Positions 1 to 10,184 of a stretch of 64,000 nucleotides of DNA are shown in pieces; positions within the stretch are counted from its first letter, which is position 1, and every line of letters begins with the position of its first letter. The notes beneath the pieces are model-generated. The model was not told the DNA's origin, did not search any database, and saw nothing but the letters and a program-made list of their open reading frames with translations. The DNA is taken from contig CAVUKA010000001.1 of NCBI GenBank assembly GCA_963741945.1, positions 1,152,001-1,216,000 on the forward strand, in the 5' to 3' direction. The stretch comes from an uncultured Gemmatimonadales bacterium. GTDB taxonomy: Bacteria > Gemmatimonadota > Gemmatimonadetes > Longimicrobiales > RSA9. The translations under genes and the position numbers were made by a program.

Positions 1-873
1 CGTCTCCACGTACTTGGTCAGCAGCACGATAGGGAGGTAGCCCTGCAGGTACTGCTGCTGGTCGATGGCGAACGCGATGCGCCCGTCCTCGATCCCGCGC
101 AACACGTCCGGGGTGAGGTCGAACGTCGCATACGCGATCCGGCCTCCGCGGCCGCTGGCCGCCAGCGCCGCCAGGGCGGGTCCCGCGGCCGCCGGCCCGA
201 GCGTGAGCACGCCGTCGATGGCCGTGTCCGCCGCCAGCACGCCGGCAATGCGCTGCTGCGTGTCCTCGGGGTCCGCCAGCTGAACGGCGACCACGCGCGT
301 CTCGCCGCCCGCCGCCGCCAGTGCGTCCCTGAGCCCCGCGCACCGCTGGTCCTGCGCCAGGTTGCCCACCTCGTGGTTGACGCACACGACGTGGCGCACC
401 CCGGCCCGGGCAAGCCGCTCGCCGCCGGCGTGTCCTGCCCCGTACTCGGTCTGGCCCACGTGCGCGAGGACGCCCAGCGTGCGGTACGCGTCGGCGCCCG
501 AGTTGATGGAGATCACGGGGATCCCTGCGTCCACGGCGCGCCGGATGGAGCCGCGCAGGGCGTCGGGATCGGGGATGGACACCACCAGCCCATCCGGGCG
601 CGAAGCCACCGCGGCGTCGATGAGGTTCGACATCTCCACCATGTCGAACGACGTCGGCGCCTGGTACTCCGCCCGCACGCCCATGTCCGCCGCCGCGTCC
701 CGGACGCCGTTCGAGACCACGGACCAGAACGGGTCCGCCGACTGGCCGTGGGTCACCACCACGAACCGGAGTCCGGCGCGGCCGTCGGAACTGTCGCCCG
801 GTGCCGGCGCACCTCCGCCGCAGCCGGCGAGAGCGAGAAGCAGGAGCGCGGGCAGAATGGATCTGTAGCTCAT
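1..873 (-). CDS. Sugar ABC transporter substrate-binding lipoprotein (runs off left edge)
   Basis: Own translation from ATG 873: [18 protein letters not shown] (lipobox)...[14 protein letters not shown]...[13 protein letters not shown], typical of RbsB-like binding proteins; ATGA overlap with trehalase stop. Confidence 0.9.
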   Translation of the reverse strand, partial: MSYRSILPALLLLALAGCGGGAPAPGDSSDGRAGLRFVVVTHGQSADPFWSVVSNGVRDAAADMGVRAEYQAPTSFDMVEMSNLIDAAVASRPDGLVVSIPDPDALRGSIRRAVDAGIPVISINSGADAYRTLGVLAHVGQTEYGAGHAGGERLARAGVRHVVCVNHEVGNLAQDQRCAGLRDALAAAGGETRVVAVQLADPEDTQQRIAGVLAADTAIDGVLTLGPAAAGPALAALAASGRGGRIAYATFDLTPDVLRGIEDGRIAFAIDQQQYLQGYLPIVLLTKYVET

Positions 874-2648
874 GGATTGCCGTTCCGGGCGGGTCGAGTG
901 GCCAGCAGGCCGAGCACCACGCCGTTCGTCCAGCCGAACCCGTCCTGTGTCGGGTACTCCCCGCCACCGGCGGGGCGTTTCAGGTCCACCACGTCGTACT
1001 TCTCCATCATCCGGCCCGTGGCGCGGTACGTGTCCCGCAGCAGCCGGAGCCAGCGCGTGGCCGCCGAATCGGCCAGGGCGCGGGGCGCAGCGGGGTCCGG
1101 CCGAGCCCCGCCGGTCCCCATGACGGCTTCATCGGAATAGCGGGTCACCCCCCGGATGGCCATCCATTCCAGGGGCGGCCAGCCGTTCGGCGCGTCCCAC
1201 TGCTGTCCCGATACCACCCGCGTGGTCACGAAACCGCCCGGCCGGAGGAAGTCGCGGGCGAGAACGCGGGCGACGGCCCGTCCCTGCGCGGGCGTCGCGA
1301 GGCCGAAGAAGAGGGGCACGGCGGCGGCGAGGGTGGGACGGTCGGTCACGCGCTCACCGGTGGGCCAGCGCACATCGTAGAAGAACTGCCGGTCGGGGTC
1401 CCAGGCCAGCGCCAGGAGGTCCCGGCGGCGCGCGGCGGCGGTGTCGTCGAAGCGACGGGCGGCGTCGGCGTCGCCCGGCTGACGCCGGAACCGGAGCAGG
1501 GCGGCGATCGTCCGCTCCTGCTGATAGAGCAGGCTGTTCAGGTCCACCGGCACCAGGTCCGCAGTTTCGAGCGTCCGCAGGTCGGCGGGGTCGCGCATCC
1601 AGCGGCTGGAGAAGTCCCACCCGCTCTCGGCCGTAGCGCGGACGTTGCGGTAGAACGCCGGCCGCGCGGCGGGCGGGAGGGTCTGCCCGATCCGGTAGTC
1701 TTCCCGATACGACTCCGGTCGCGGGTCGTCGCGGTCATCCCAGTAGCGGTTGAGGACAGCGCCATCGGGCAAGCGTACAACGCGCCGATGCGCTTCTCCG
1801 GGCGCGAGCCGGTCGGCGCCATCCATCCAGAACGCGTGCTCGGTGATCAGGGCGTCCAGGTAGCGGAGGGCGCGGGCGGTGTCGGCGGCCTCGGCGAACA
1901 GCCCCACCATTGCGGCCAGGAACGGGGGCTGGCTGCGGCTCAGGTAGTACGTGCGGTTGCCATTCGGCACGTGGCCGTACGTGCGCACCAGCCAGGCGAA
2001 GTTGTCCAGCATGCTCTCGACCCGGTCCACGCGTCCGCTCTCCACCAGACCGATCATCGTGAAATACGAGTCCCAGTAGTAGACTTCGCGGAAGCGGCCG
2101 CCCGGCACCACGTACGGCTCCGGCAGCGGGATCAGCGAGGAGCGGGCATCCGGGGAGTCGGCAGGGCGCGTCAGCACCGGCCAGAGGGCGCGGATGTGCT
2201 CGGCCATGCTCCGCGTAGTATCCGTCCTGAACCCGCCGCCCGCGAACGCCGGGAGCTCGAACTCGGCGCGGACGAAGGCGGCCAGGTCGAACCCCGGCTC
2301 GTCCCGGCGGGCGACGTAGCGCGCCGCCACCAGCTCGGGCGCTTCCCGCGGCCGGGCATCCACGAACGTCTTGGAATCCTCGAAGATCCCGGCCAGCTGG
2401 ACGGCCCCGAAGAGCGGACCGAGGTCACGGGACGGGCGGTAGAGCGACGGCGCGGCCCGGACGGCGGCGCCCCGGCCCTCCGCCTGGACGGGGCGCGCCC
2501 CGGGCGACGGTCTCGTGCCGGTGACCGGCCCGCACGCGAGCGCGGGCAGCGACAGAAGCAGGGTGGCGAGAAGGAGCGCGCGGACGGGGTGCCCGACCGG
2601 CGAGCGGGGGAGTGGCGGGCGGGTGCCCGGCGGCGCGGCGACCGTCAC
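870..2648 (-). CDS. treA: Alpha,alpha-trehalase (GH37)
   Basis: [41 protein letters not shown] and [16 protein letters not shown] motifs; likely start GTG 2648 (ORF track extends to 2744). Confidence 0.92.
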   Translation of the reverse strand: MTVAAPPGTRPPLPRSPVGHPVRALLLATLLLSLPALACGPVTGTRPSPGARPVQAEGRGAAVRAAPSLYRPSRDLGPLFGAVQLAGIFEDSKTFVDARPREAPELVAARYVARRDEPGFDLAAFVRAEFELPAFAGGGFRTDTTRSMAEHIRALWPVLTRPADSPDARSSLIPLPEPYVVPGGRFREVYYWDSYFTMIGLVESGRVDRVESMLDNFAWLVRTYGHVPNGNRTYYLSRSQPPFLAAMVGLFAEAADTARALRYLDALITEHAFWMDGADRLAPGEAHRRVVRLPDGAVLNRYWDDRDDPRPESYREDYRIGQTLPPAARPAFYRNVRATAESGWDFSSRWMRDPADLRTLETADLVPVDLNSLLYQQERTIAALLRFRRQPGDADAARRFDDTAAARRRDLLALAWDPDRQFFYDVRWPTGERVTDRPTLAAAVPLFFGLATPAQGRAVARVLARDFLRPGGFVTTRVVSGQQWDAPNGWPPLEWMAIRGVTRYSDEAVMGTGGARPDPAAPRALADSAATRWLRLLRDTYRATGRMMEKYDVVDLKRPAGGGEYPTQDGFGWTNGVVLGLLATRPARNGNP

Positions 2649-3231
2649 GAGAGCGCGGCCAGTGCTGCGTCCACCTCGGGACGGAGTGCGCGCGGGATCC
2701 GAGCGGCGGGCGCTCCCGGCACAGCTCCACGTGACCCATGTCATCGAAGTGCTGGTCCAGGAAGTCCAGATCCGAGTCCCAGTCCACGCCCAGGCGCAGC
2801 TCCACGCCCTCCTCGCGGGCGATGGCGTACAGGATTCCCTGCATGAAGTAGAAGCGCCGCGCCTTCTTCTCCGCCGCCTCCGCCGTGTCGCCCGCTCGCG
2901 GCCATGGGTCGCCGCCCGGCAGGTAGGGCGTCAGGTCCGCGGCATCGCTCAGACCGTGGGCGTCGTAGTCCCCGTGCCCGTCCCGCGGGATGTGGCGACT
3001 GTCGATGGTCCGGGTGACGCCGCGGCGCAGGTAGGCGATCTGCGTCTCGAGAGAGCGCCGCCCCTCCGTGACCGTGAAGTCGTAGATCCGGATGGCGCGC
3101 TCCAGGACCCGGCGAAGGTCGGGGTGCAGCGTCTCGAGCTGGCCGGCGGAAGCGCGGCCGAAACGGAACGGGCCGGGTCGGGCGAACAAGGCGATGCCCT
3201 CGTCGTTGGGGTTGCGGCTACGGAACGGCAA
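2645..3231 (-). CDS. M15-family (L-Ala-D-Glu endopeptidase/endolysin-like) Zn peptidase, probable 1-nt frameshift near 2700
   Basis: LHPDLRRV...TEGRRS..Q...SRH...AADL...LGVDW...DMGHVEL matches T5-endolysin-type M15 motifs; shifted tail [17 protein letters not shown] ends at TGA 2645-2647, overlapping the trehalase GTG. Confidence 0.75.
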
Positions 3232-3976
3232 TCTGAGGCGCCAGCGCGGCGAGGTCCATCGCGTACGCGGCGTCCACGCCCTGGAAGCGGCGAGTGCCGG
3301 ACGCGGGGTGCCGCCCCTTCCCGAACGCCTGGTGCTGGAGATAGAAATCGTGGATGGTGGCTACGTGGTCGTCTCCGTTCGCCCGCAACAGGCGAGTCAG
3401 GAGGTCCAGGAAGGCGTCCACGGCGTCCATGACGGACGCCACCAGGGCGCCATCGAAGCGGGGCGACGACGCGGCCCGGTCCAGCGCCCCGGCCAGCCCC
3501 GTTTCCCGCCTCGCCGCGTCCACCGCGGCGCCCAGCGCTCGCAGGTCGCCATCCGACTCCATGACCACCACGTGGAAATCCACGAACCAGCGCGGCTCCG
3601 TCATGCAGGCCACCACCATGCCGCCGTCGCCCAGCGGCAGCCGGTCGCCCGCGTGGATCCCCGGAAAGCTGCGCGTCCGGTACTCCACCATCCGGCCACT
3701 CCCATCCAGCGCCGCAGTCAGCACGTACAGCTCGGCGGCCGCCCCGAACAGCCGGCCCAGGAGACCCTCCGTCTGCCGCAGCAGGATGAGCTCGCTGAGG
3801 CTGATTGTCAGCCCCACCGGACCCGCCCGCTCCATGTCATCGGCGGCCGCGTCCACCGCGCGGACCAGGGCCGCGTTGGCCGGATCGGCGCGGAAGTCCG
3901 GGGATGAGAGGGCGCGCAGCACGGTGCCCGGGTCCGTCGTCGCCAGGCGCTCGGCGTTCGGTATGGAAAGGCTCAT
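3218..3976 (-). CDS. Hypothetical protein (252 aa) coupled to patatin
   Basis: ATG 3976 overlaps the patatin TGA (ATGA); GC3-biased, protein-like composition; no family recognised. Confidence 0.75.
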   Translation of the reverse strand: MSLSIPNAERLATTDPGTVLRALSSPDFRADPANAALVRAVDAAADDMERAGPVGLTISLSELILLRQTEGLLGRLFGAAAELYVLTAALDGSGRMVEYRTRSFPGIHAGDRLPLGDGGMVVACMTEPRWFVDFHVVVMESDGDLRALGAAVDAARRETGLAGALDRAASSPRFDGALVASVMDAVDAFLDLLTRLLRANGDDHVATIHDFYLQHQAFGKGRHPASGTRRFQGVDAAYAMDLAALAPQIAVP

Positions 3977-5628
3977 GATCGCAGTCCCAGGTAACGGTCC
4001 AGGAAGAGCCCGGCCTGACGCCGGGCGAGCCAGCGCACCAGAGGGCCCGAGACCCGGTTCAGCCACCGGGGGCCCACGTGCACCTCCGCGGCGACGGCAT
4101 CGATTTTCGCCACCACGGCGTCGCGCAGCCGCTCGCGCCCGGCGCGCGGTGCGTTCGCCAGGGTGACACTCCCCAGGTCCAGCGTCGGCTCGTACGCCAC
4201 CCCCGGCTCCGGCACGGGCATCCGCGAGGGATCCATCCCGAGCACGGCCGGCAGCTCCCGGCGCGCCGCCCGGCGACCCACGGTGTAATCATGCTCGCGC
4301 CACTCGCGGGAGAGAAAGCCCGCGAACGCGCTCAGCTGGTCGCCCGCCGTCTCCTCGGGCGTGCTGAAGATGACATGGAGGTCGAGCTCGTGCTTGCTGT
4401 CCAGGCCGGCCACGCTGTTCAGGAGGAAGACCAGCGTGGCGAAGACGTCGCCTCGCAGCTCGCTCATGCCTTCCATCTCCCCGGCCCAGGTGCGCCGCGT
4501 CCGCTCGATGGCGAGCGCCACGTAATCGGCCGGGTAGCGATCTGCCCCCAGGCGCTCTCGCTTGCGCGCCACGATCCCCTCCGCGCTGCAGCGGAGCTCG
4601 GCCAGCAGCCGCGCCGGTTCTTCCACCTCGAGCGCGCGCACCATCCCCGCCATCTGGTGCACCAGCCCGTCACGCCAGCTCACCTCGTTGTTCTTCCGCA
4701 GCGCTTCCAGCCAGTCGTTCGCCGCGGCCTCCCCGCGTACGGCCGTGGCCACGCGCAGCCCGATCCGCCAGAGCGGTGATGCGCCGTCGAACGCGGGATC
4801 GTGCGCCGAGCGGTTCAGATTGGCGTCCACCAGGAGGAAGACGCGATCGGCCGCGAGCCCTCCGTCCGCGGCCGTATCCGCAGCCCGTGACAGCCGGACC
4901 GCCTCCCCCAGTGGCTCGTTGTTGAACAGCCCGCCATCCACGTACCAGAACGCGTCCGGCCACGGCTCCAGCGCGTTGTCCGGGAACGCCGCCGCAAGCG
5001 ACGGCAGCCGGTGCGGCGCGAACGCGAGCGGGAAGTCCCCCGAGGCGATCGCGGCTTCACGCACGCCGCCCCAGAACGCCGGGTCGCCCGCCGTCCCGGC
5101 ATCCACGATGAAGTCCCGCTGCTCGGCGAAAAAGGTGCCGGTGAACGCGTCGCCTGCCGCGGTGCCGTCGCCCGGGTGCCCGCCGTCGCGGCGAGGCAGG
5201 CGGTAGTCCACGCCGGTGAGATTGGTCACGGTGAACGTCATCCGCAGCCGCTCCGGCGCCATCGACGACGGGACGGGCGCCACCCCCGGCTCCAGCGCCA
5301 GGAACTCCCGCGCGATCCGCTGAATCGGGTCACTGGACAGCAGCGCGTTGGCCGGTGCCCGGTCCAGCAGCGCGGCAATGTCGATCTCATCCACCCACGC
5401 ATCGCGCAGCCGCCGTCGTCGACCGAAATCCACCATCACGGCCTCCGCCACCAGCGCGGCGGTCATGGCTCCCGCGGATGCGCCCGTGATCACGTCGATC
5501 CGGTAGCGCTGGGTCGGGGCTCGATTGCGGTTGAGCACGTCGAGAACGTAGAGCAGCTCGTCGAGGACCCCCGCCTCGAAGCTGCCCAGCGAAACGGCCC
5601 CCGACAGGACGAGGGAGATGGCCGGCAT
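3973..5628 (-). CDS. Patatin-like phospholipase
   Basis: Gly-rich LSGAVSLG, nucleophile GASAG and catalytic DGG (YVDGGLFNNEP); GGAGG RBS. Confidence 0.9.
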   Translation of the reverse strand: MPAISLVLSGAVSLGSFEAGVLDELLYVLDVLNRNRAPTQRYRIDVITGASAGAMTAALVAEAVMVDFGRRRRLRDAWVDEIDIAALLDRAPANALLSSDPIQRIAREFLALEPGVAPVPSSMAPERLRMTFTVTNLTGVDYRLPRRDGGHPGDGTAAGDAFTGTFFAEQRDFIVDAGTAGDPAFWGGVREAAIASGDFPLAFAPHRLPSLAAAFPDNALEPWPDAFWYVDGGLFNNEPLGEAVRLSRAADTAADGGLAADRVFLLVDANLNRSAHDPAFDGASPLWRIGLRVATAVRGEAAANDWLEALRKNNEVSWRDGLVHQMAGMVRALEVEEPARLLAELRCSAEGIVARKRERLGADRYPADYVALAIERTRRTWAGEMEGMSELRGDVFATLVFLLNSVAGLDSKHELDLHVIFSTPEETAGDQLSAFAGFLSREWREHDYTVGRRAARRELPAVLGMDPSRMPVPEPGVAYEPTLDLGSVTLANAPRAGRERLRDAVVAKIDAVAAEVHVGPRWLNRVSGPLVRWLARRQAGLFLDRYLGLRS

Positions 5629-5685
5629 GGCCGCGCCTCCGCTGAGAGCGTGGGAACGGTGCTGCGCTCTGCGACCCCTGTGTTG

Positions 5686-6543
5686 CTATGGACGCCCCGA
5701 CGGGACGGCACCCCTGCGGCCGAGCACCGAGTCGGGATCGATCCCGGTCTCCGCTCGCACCGCCGCCAGGAACAGCCGCACCACGTTCAGAGGGATGATC
5801 ACGCCGTACGACGACGCGGCATCCCGGTACTCGCGGTGACCCCGGTCCACACCCACCACCCGGCCGTCCCGCCGGAACGCCGGCCCGCCGCTCACCCCGG
5901 GAAAGAGGAACAGGTCCGCCTCCAGCGCGTTCGTCCCGGGATCCCCCGGCACGCGCGTACGATACCCACTGCTGTAGCCCGCCGTGAAGCGTCGGAAGAC
6001 CGTGAACTGCGACACCACGTCCGTGTCGCTCGCTTCCACCACACCGCCCTCTGGCAGACCGTAGCCGATCGTGGCCAGCGGCGTGCCCATCGACGCCTCC
6101 TCATCCGTCCAGCGCACGATCGGCAGGCTGTCCGCCCCGATCCGGAGCACCGCCAGGTCCTTCCCGGCGTCCAGCCCCACCACCACCGCATCGTAGAACA
6201 CCGCACTCGTGTCCCGCTGCACCAGAACCTGGAGGTTCGGCACCACCTCCCCCTCGGGCGCCACTACGTGCGCGTTCGTCAGCAACAGCCCGTCCGTCGT
6301 GATCCCGAACGCGCTCCCCACCGGCGCGAACGCCGTGCGGCCAAGCGCGCTCACCACCCGGCTCCCCCACACCGACTGCACCGTCGGCCGCACCGCCGAC
6401 GCCGCCCCCACCCACTCCTCCGGCTCCCGCGCACCACCCTCCGGCCCGCATCCCGATACGAGCAGCATCACGCCCACCACCACGATGGACCGGGCCCGGC
6501 ACGCGACAGGTCGGTGTCCGCTGCGACTCGCCATGACGCCCAT
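5686..6543 (-). CDS. Trypsin-like (S1) serine protease, possible lipoprotein
   Basis: TNAHVV, DLAVL and PGVSGGP triad; LVSGC lipobox-like; start uncertain (ORF track extends to 6780). Confidence 0.85.
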   Translation of the reverse strand: MGVMASRSGHRPVACRARSIVVVGVMLLVSGCGPEGGAREPEEWVGAASAVRPTVQSVWGSRVVSALGRTAFAPVGSAFGITTDGLLLTNAHVVAPEGEVVPNLQVLVQRDTSAVFYDAVVVGLDAGKDLAVLRIGADSLPIVRWTDEEASMGTPLATIGYGLPEGGVVEASDTDVVSQFTVFRRFTAGYSSGYRTRVPGDPGTNALEADLFLFPGVSGGPAFRRDGRVVGVDRGHREYRDAASSYGVIIPLNVVRLFLAAVRAETGIDPDSVLGRRGAVPSGRP

Positions 6544-6821
6544 GATACCCGTTCGGGCTCCCGCGATAAAGAGCGCCGCTCCACCCCACACAACGAAAAG
6601 CGGGCCACGACTCGCGTCGCGACCCGCTCTCCCTGCCAAGTGGGTTCGATTCCGTCGATTCCGGGCCGGGGCCGGCTGATCCCCCCAGACGCAGCCGGTG
6701 GGCCCAACCCGTAATCGCATCAAACCAGAAGCCATCAAACGGCGCCCCGGGAGCACCACAAACCCACCCATCTTCCGCACCCTCTGGCCTCACCGGGGCC
6801 CGACCCACAGTTTCCCTGATT

Positions 6822-6872
6822 GTTGACCGCGAGGTCAACGCCCGATGCTAACGTTTACTGACCCTTCGGTCA
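6822..6872. promoter_or_regulatory. Two TGACC-N4-GGTCA palindromes, likely TetR autoregulatory operators
   Basis: GTTGACC-GCGA-GGTCAAC (6822-6839) and TGACC-CTTC-GGTCA (6859-6872) directly upstream of tetR, flanking extended -10 TGcTAACGT. Confidence 0.7.
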
Positions 6873-6882
6873 AGAGGACGCC

Positions 6883-7491
6883 ATGCCAGGGAAACGGCTG
6901 CCCGAGGAAGAGCGGCGAGAGGCGATCATCGAAGCCGCGTTCCGGGTCGCGACGCGGGAGCGGCTCGGGGGGCTGAGCGCGCGGGCGGTGGCGGAGGCGG
7001 CGGGGGTGAGCAAGGGGCTGGTGTTCTTCCATTTCAACGACCGTGAGCGGCTGCTGCTGGCGCTTCTGGAATGGCTGCTGAAGGAGGATCCGCGGGTGCG
7101 TGTGCCGCCGGAGCTGGAGGGGGCGGAGTGGGAGGATCGACCGGCGAAGCGTCTGCTGGCGCTGCTGGAGCACCAGCTGTCGGTGCTTCCGACGCGGCGG
7201 GACCGGTCGGGGCTGTTCCTGGACTACTGGGTTCTGGGGACGGCGGTTCCGGACATTCAGCGCCGGATCCGGTCGGCGTTCAAGCGGTACCGGAGCGAGT
7301 TCCTGCCGTGGACCGCGCCGGTGGTGGCGGCGGCGCCGGAGCGGTTCGAGGGAGTGGGCGGAGAGGGGCTGGCGGGGGTGGTGGTGAGTTTCATCCAGGG
7401 CTGCTCCATGCAGCTCATCGCGGACCCTACGCGGTTCGACCTGGATCAGTACCGTGCGGCGGTCCGGGGGCTGGTGGTACGGGAGCCGTAG
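6883..7491 (+). CDS. TetR/AcrR family transcriptional regulator
   Basis: N-terminal HTH RREAIIEAA...ARAVAEAAGVSKGLVFFHF. Confidence 0.92.
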   Translation: MPGKRLPEEERREAIIEAAFRVATRERLGGLSARAVAEAAGVSKGLVFFHFNDRERLLLALLEWLLKEDPRVRVPPELEGAEWEDRPAKRLLALLEHQLSVLPTRRDRSGLFLDYWVLGTAVPDIQRRIRSAFKRYRSEFLPWTAPVVAAAPERFEGVGGEGLAGVVVSFIQGCSMQLIADPTRFDLDQYRAAVRGLVVREP

Positions 7492-8407
7492 CGGAGCCGG
7501 AGGCGTGCAGTGCGCTTTCGGCGCCGCGGATGATGCCGCGCGCGATGGTCACGGCGGCGGCGGCGGCCCGGTCATCGATGTCGTAGGCGGGGTCATAGGA
7601 TGCGATGGCGGCCGCTTCCACGGGTCGGATCGTGGCCGCGCCGGTGACGGCGTCCACCACCTCCTCGGCGGTGAGTCCGGCCGGTGTGCTGAACGCGCTG
7701 ACCGGGGCGACGCCCGGGTCGAGGACATCGAGGTCGACGTGCGCGTAGAATCGGTCGGCGGACTCGCCCATGCGGCCGAGGCGCTCCTGCGCAGCGCGCC
7801 CGGGTCCGCGGCTCCGGATCTCCTCACAACCGACACGTGCGATTCCGAGTGCCGACGTGAGGGCCGTCTCCGGGCGGTCGAGGTCGCGGGCGCCGAGCAG
7901 GAGCAGGTTGAGGTCGTGGAGCGGGCGGAACCCGGGGACGGTGCTGGCGAGCTCTCGCCAGCAGCGGCCCGTGAGCGTGGACAGGGCCATGCCATCGAGG
8001 AGGCCGCTCACGGTGGTGTCGGGGGTGTTCAGATCTCCGTGTGCGTCGAACCAGAGGACGCCCACGCGCTCGCCGCCGAGGCCGGAGACGGTTCCGAGGG
8101 CGGAGAAGCAGTTCCCGGCCAGGACCAGGGGGAATCGGCCGGAGACCCGGGCGTCGGCCACGGCGGCGGAGAGGGAGCGGGCGAGGCCGAAGGCGCTGGC
8201 GATCTCGGCGGGCGGCACGAGTGTGGATTCGAGGGTGCGGATCCGGACGGTGTGGCCATCGTCCTCGAGGGCCCCGGGGAGTCCGAAGTCGAGGAGTCGG
8301 CCGGGCCCGCGGCCCATGCGTACGTCGCGAGTGCCGGAATCGTAGGGGACGGCCAGGATGTCGATGTCCACGGGGGCTCCAGAGCGGGTGATGCCGGAAA
8401 TCAACAT
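7427..8407 (-). CDS. Arginase family protein
   Basis: DAHGD and HVDLDVLDP metal-binding motifs; start may be GTG 8371. Confidence 0.88.
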   Translation of the reverse strand: MLISGITRSGAPVDIDILAVPYDSGTRDVRMGRGPGRLLDFGLPGALEDDGHTVRIRTLESTLVPPAEIASAFGLARSLSAAVADARVSGRFPLVLAGNCFSALGTVSGLGGERVGVLWFDAHGDLNTPDTTVSGLLDGMALSTLTGRCWRELASTVPGFRPLHDLNLLLLGARDLDRPETALTSALGIARVGCEEIRSRGPGRAAQERLGRMGESADRFYAHVDLDVLDPGVAPVSAFSTPAGLTAEEVVDAVTGAATIRPVEAAAIASYDPAYDIDDRAAAAAVTIARGIIRGAESALHASGSATAPVPPAPGPPHGTDPGRTA

Positions 8408-8537
8408 CTTCGGAGCATGTCTGTCCAGTGTGGCGTCGGCGCGCGGATCGGACCGGAAAGCGGCTCATGGCCCGAATCGCGCCGACCGACAGCGCCGCTT
8501 TGCCGTCGCTGTTATCGTTGACGGATGATCCGATCCC

Positions 8538-9512
8538 GTGACCACTCCCTTCCGTCCTGCCCGCGGTCTCGCCAATCCCCACTTCCAGTCCATCGCCGGC
8601 AAGGTGCTGCGACCGGACCTGCGCCTGCCGCTGCGGCGCGAGCGGGTGCGTACGCCCGATGGCGACTTCCTGGACCTGGACTTCGCGGGGGGTGACCACG
8701 CCGGGCCGGCCGTGCTGGTGCTGCACGGCCTGGAAGGGTCGGCCGACCGCCGCTACATGCGGACCACGTACCGCGCGCTGCTCGACCGCGGCCTCCGCCC
8801 GGTGGGCCTGAACTTCCGCGGCTGCAGCGGGGAGCCGAACCACAGCACGCGGGCGTACCACTCGGGCGAGACGGAGGACGTGCGGTTCGTGCTGGAGGGG
8901 CTGAAGTCGCGCTCGGGCGGACCGTTGGGGCTGGTCGGGTACTCCCTGGGCGGCAACGTGGCCCTGAAGCTGGCGGGGGAGATGGGCGACGCGGCCGGGG
9001 CGCTGCTGGGTGCGGTCGCAGCCGTGAGCGTCCCCTTCGACCTGGACGCCGGCTGCCGCCGCATCGGTGCCGGCTTCATGGGGCGGTTCTACACCGCCTA
9101 CTTCATGCGCAGCCTGCTGCGGAAGGTGCGCGACAAGCGGGGCGTGCTGGAGGGCGCCATCGACGTGGACGCCGTGCTCGACGCCCGCGACCTGCGCGCG
9201 TTCGACGACGCCATGACCGCTCCCGTGCACGGCTTCGCCGACGCCGCGGACTACTACGCCCGCAGCAGCTCCGATCGGTTCATTCCATCGATCCGCGTGC
9301 CCACGCTGGTGATCCACTCGGAGGACGACCCTTTCCTCCCGCCGGAGCGGATCCCGCGGGCGACCATGGAGGCGAACGCGGCAGTCACGCCGCTGATCAC
9401 CAAGGCGGGCGGCCACGTCGGGTTCATTGCGGGGAGCGTGCTGCGGCCCCGCTTCTGGGCGGAGGAGCGGATCGCGGACTTCCTGGCGGCGGAGCTCGGG
9501 GCCGCGGCGTAG
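8538..9512 (+). CDS. Alpha/beta hydrolase, YheT-like
   Basis: HGLEGS, GYSLGG, DDPF and GGHVGF motifs. Confidence 0.9.
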   Translation: MTTPFRPARGLANPHFQSIAGKVLRPDLRLPLRRERVRTPDGDFLDLDFAGGDHAGPAVLVLHGLEGSADRRYMRTTYRALLDRGLRPVGLNFRGCSGEPNHSTRAYHSGETEDVRFVLEGLKSRSGGPLGLVGYSLGGNVALKLAGEMGDAAGALLGAVAAVSVPFDLDAGCRRIGAGFMGRFYTAYFMRSLLRKVRDKRGVLEGAIDVDAVLDARDLRAFDDAMTAPVHGFADAADYYARSSSDRFIPSIRVPTLVIHSEDDPFLPPERIPRATMEANAAVTPLITKAGGHVGFIAGSVLRPRFWAEERIADFLAAELGAAA

Positions 9513-9580
9513 GCCGGCTGGCGCAGGCCGGCCGCGCCACGCGGGCGGGCGGGGCGTCGCCCTCCGCGGGTCGTGCGTGG

Positions 9581-9967
9581 CTAGAGGTCGCTCGTGTTGT
9601 CCGTGATGGAGAGCACGTTCCCGTCCGGGTCCCGGAACCAGGCCACGCGCGTGCCATCGGGCGAGCTCCAGATCCCTCGTTCGTCCTGCTCCAGCGTCTC
9701 GAAGCGCTCGAAGGTGACGCCGTCGCGGACCAGCGCCTCCACCGCCCCAGCCACGTCATCCACCTCCCACCCGAACACCGTGAAGGCGTGCGGCTGGAGG
9801 CGGTCGACGCGTGTGACACGGAGCGGGGTGCCGCCCGCGTCGAAGACCAGGGCGAAGACGTCCTCGTGCATGAGCTGGAGCCCCAGCGTGCCGGCGTAGA
9901 ACGCGCGGGCGCGATCCAGGTCGCGGACCCCGATGAAGCCCACGGGCGTAGCGTCGTGGTGGAGCAT
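9581..9967 (-). CDS. VOC/glyoxalase family protein
   Basis: DLDRARAFY...WFRDPDGNVLS; C-terminal part of the long track ORF, ATG 9967. Confidence 0.88.
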   Translation of the reverse strand: MLHHDATPVGFIGVRDLDRARAFYAGTLGLQLMHEDVFALVFDAGGTPLRVTRVDRLQPHAFTVFGWEVDDVAGAVEALVRDGVTFERFETLEQDERGIWSSPDGTRVAWFRDPDGNVLSITDNTSDL

Positions 9968-10028
9968 GCTGCCAGGATAGCGGACAGCCGCCGGGCGACG
10001 CCACCCCGGGCCCGCGCCCTCGTCGCGC

Positions 10029-10057
10029 TTGACCGGCGGCGCGGGCGCCGTTAGCCT
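10029..10057 (+). promoter_or_regulatory. Sigma70-type promoter of the his leader
   Basis: TTGACC (10029-10034), 17 nt, TAGCCT (10052-10057). Confidence 0.65.
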
Positions 10058-10066
10058 CTTCGGACC

Positions 10067-10153
10067 ATGACGAGCGAGAACCGGATTCAGCGGCACCATC
10101 ATCACCATCACGGCCCCGGACGGGTCGCGGTGGCGGGTGCGCTCGTGGTGTAG
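10067..10153 (+). CDS. hisL: His operon leader peptide MTSENRIQRHHHHHHGPGRVAVAGALVV
   Basis: Six consecutive His codons (10094-10111) in a 28-codon ORF immediately upstream of hisG. Confidence 0.9.
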   Translation: MTSENRIQRHHHHHHGPGRVAVAGALVV

Positions 10154-10184
10154 AAGGACCGAACGAGCAGCGCGCAGGCCACGC

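Noticed and set aside
2645-3231. Prophage inferred from the endolysin-like M15 gene
   Set aside because: No holin, terminase, capsid, tail or integrase in the window
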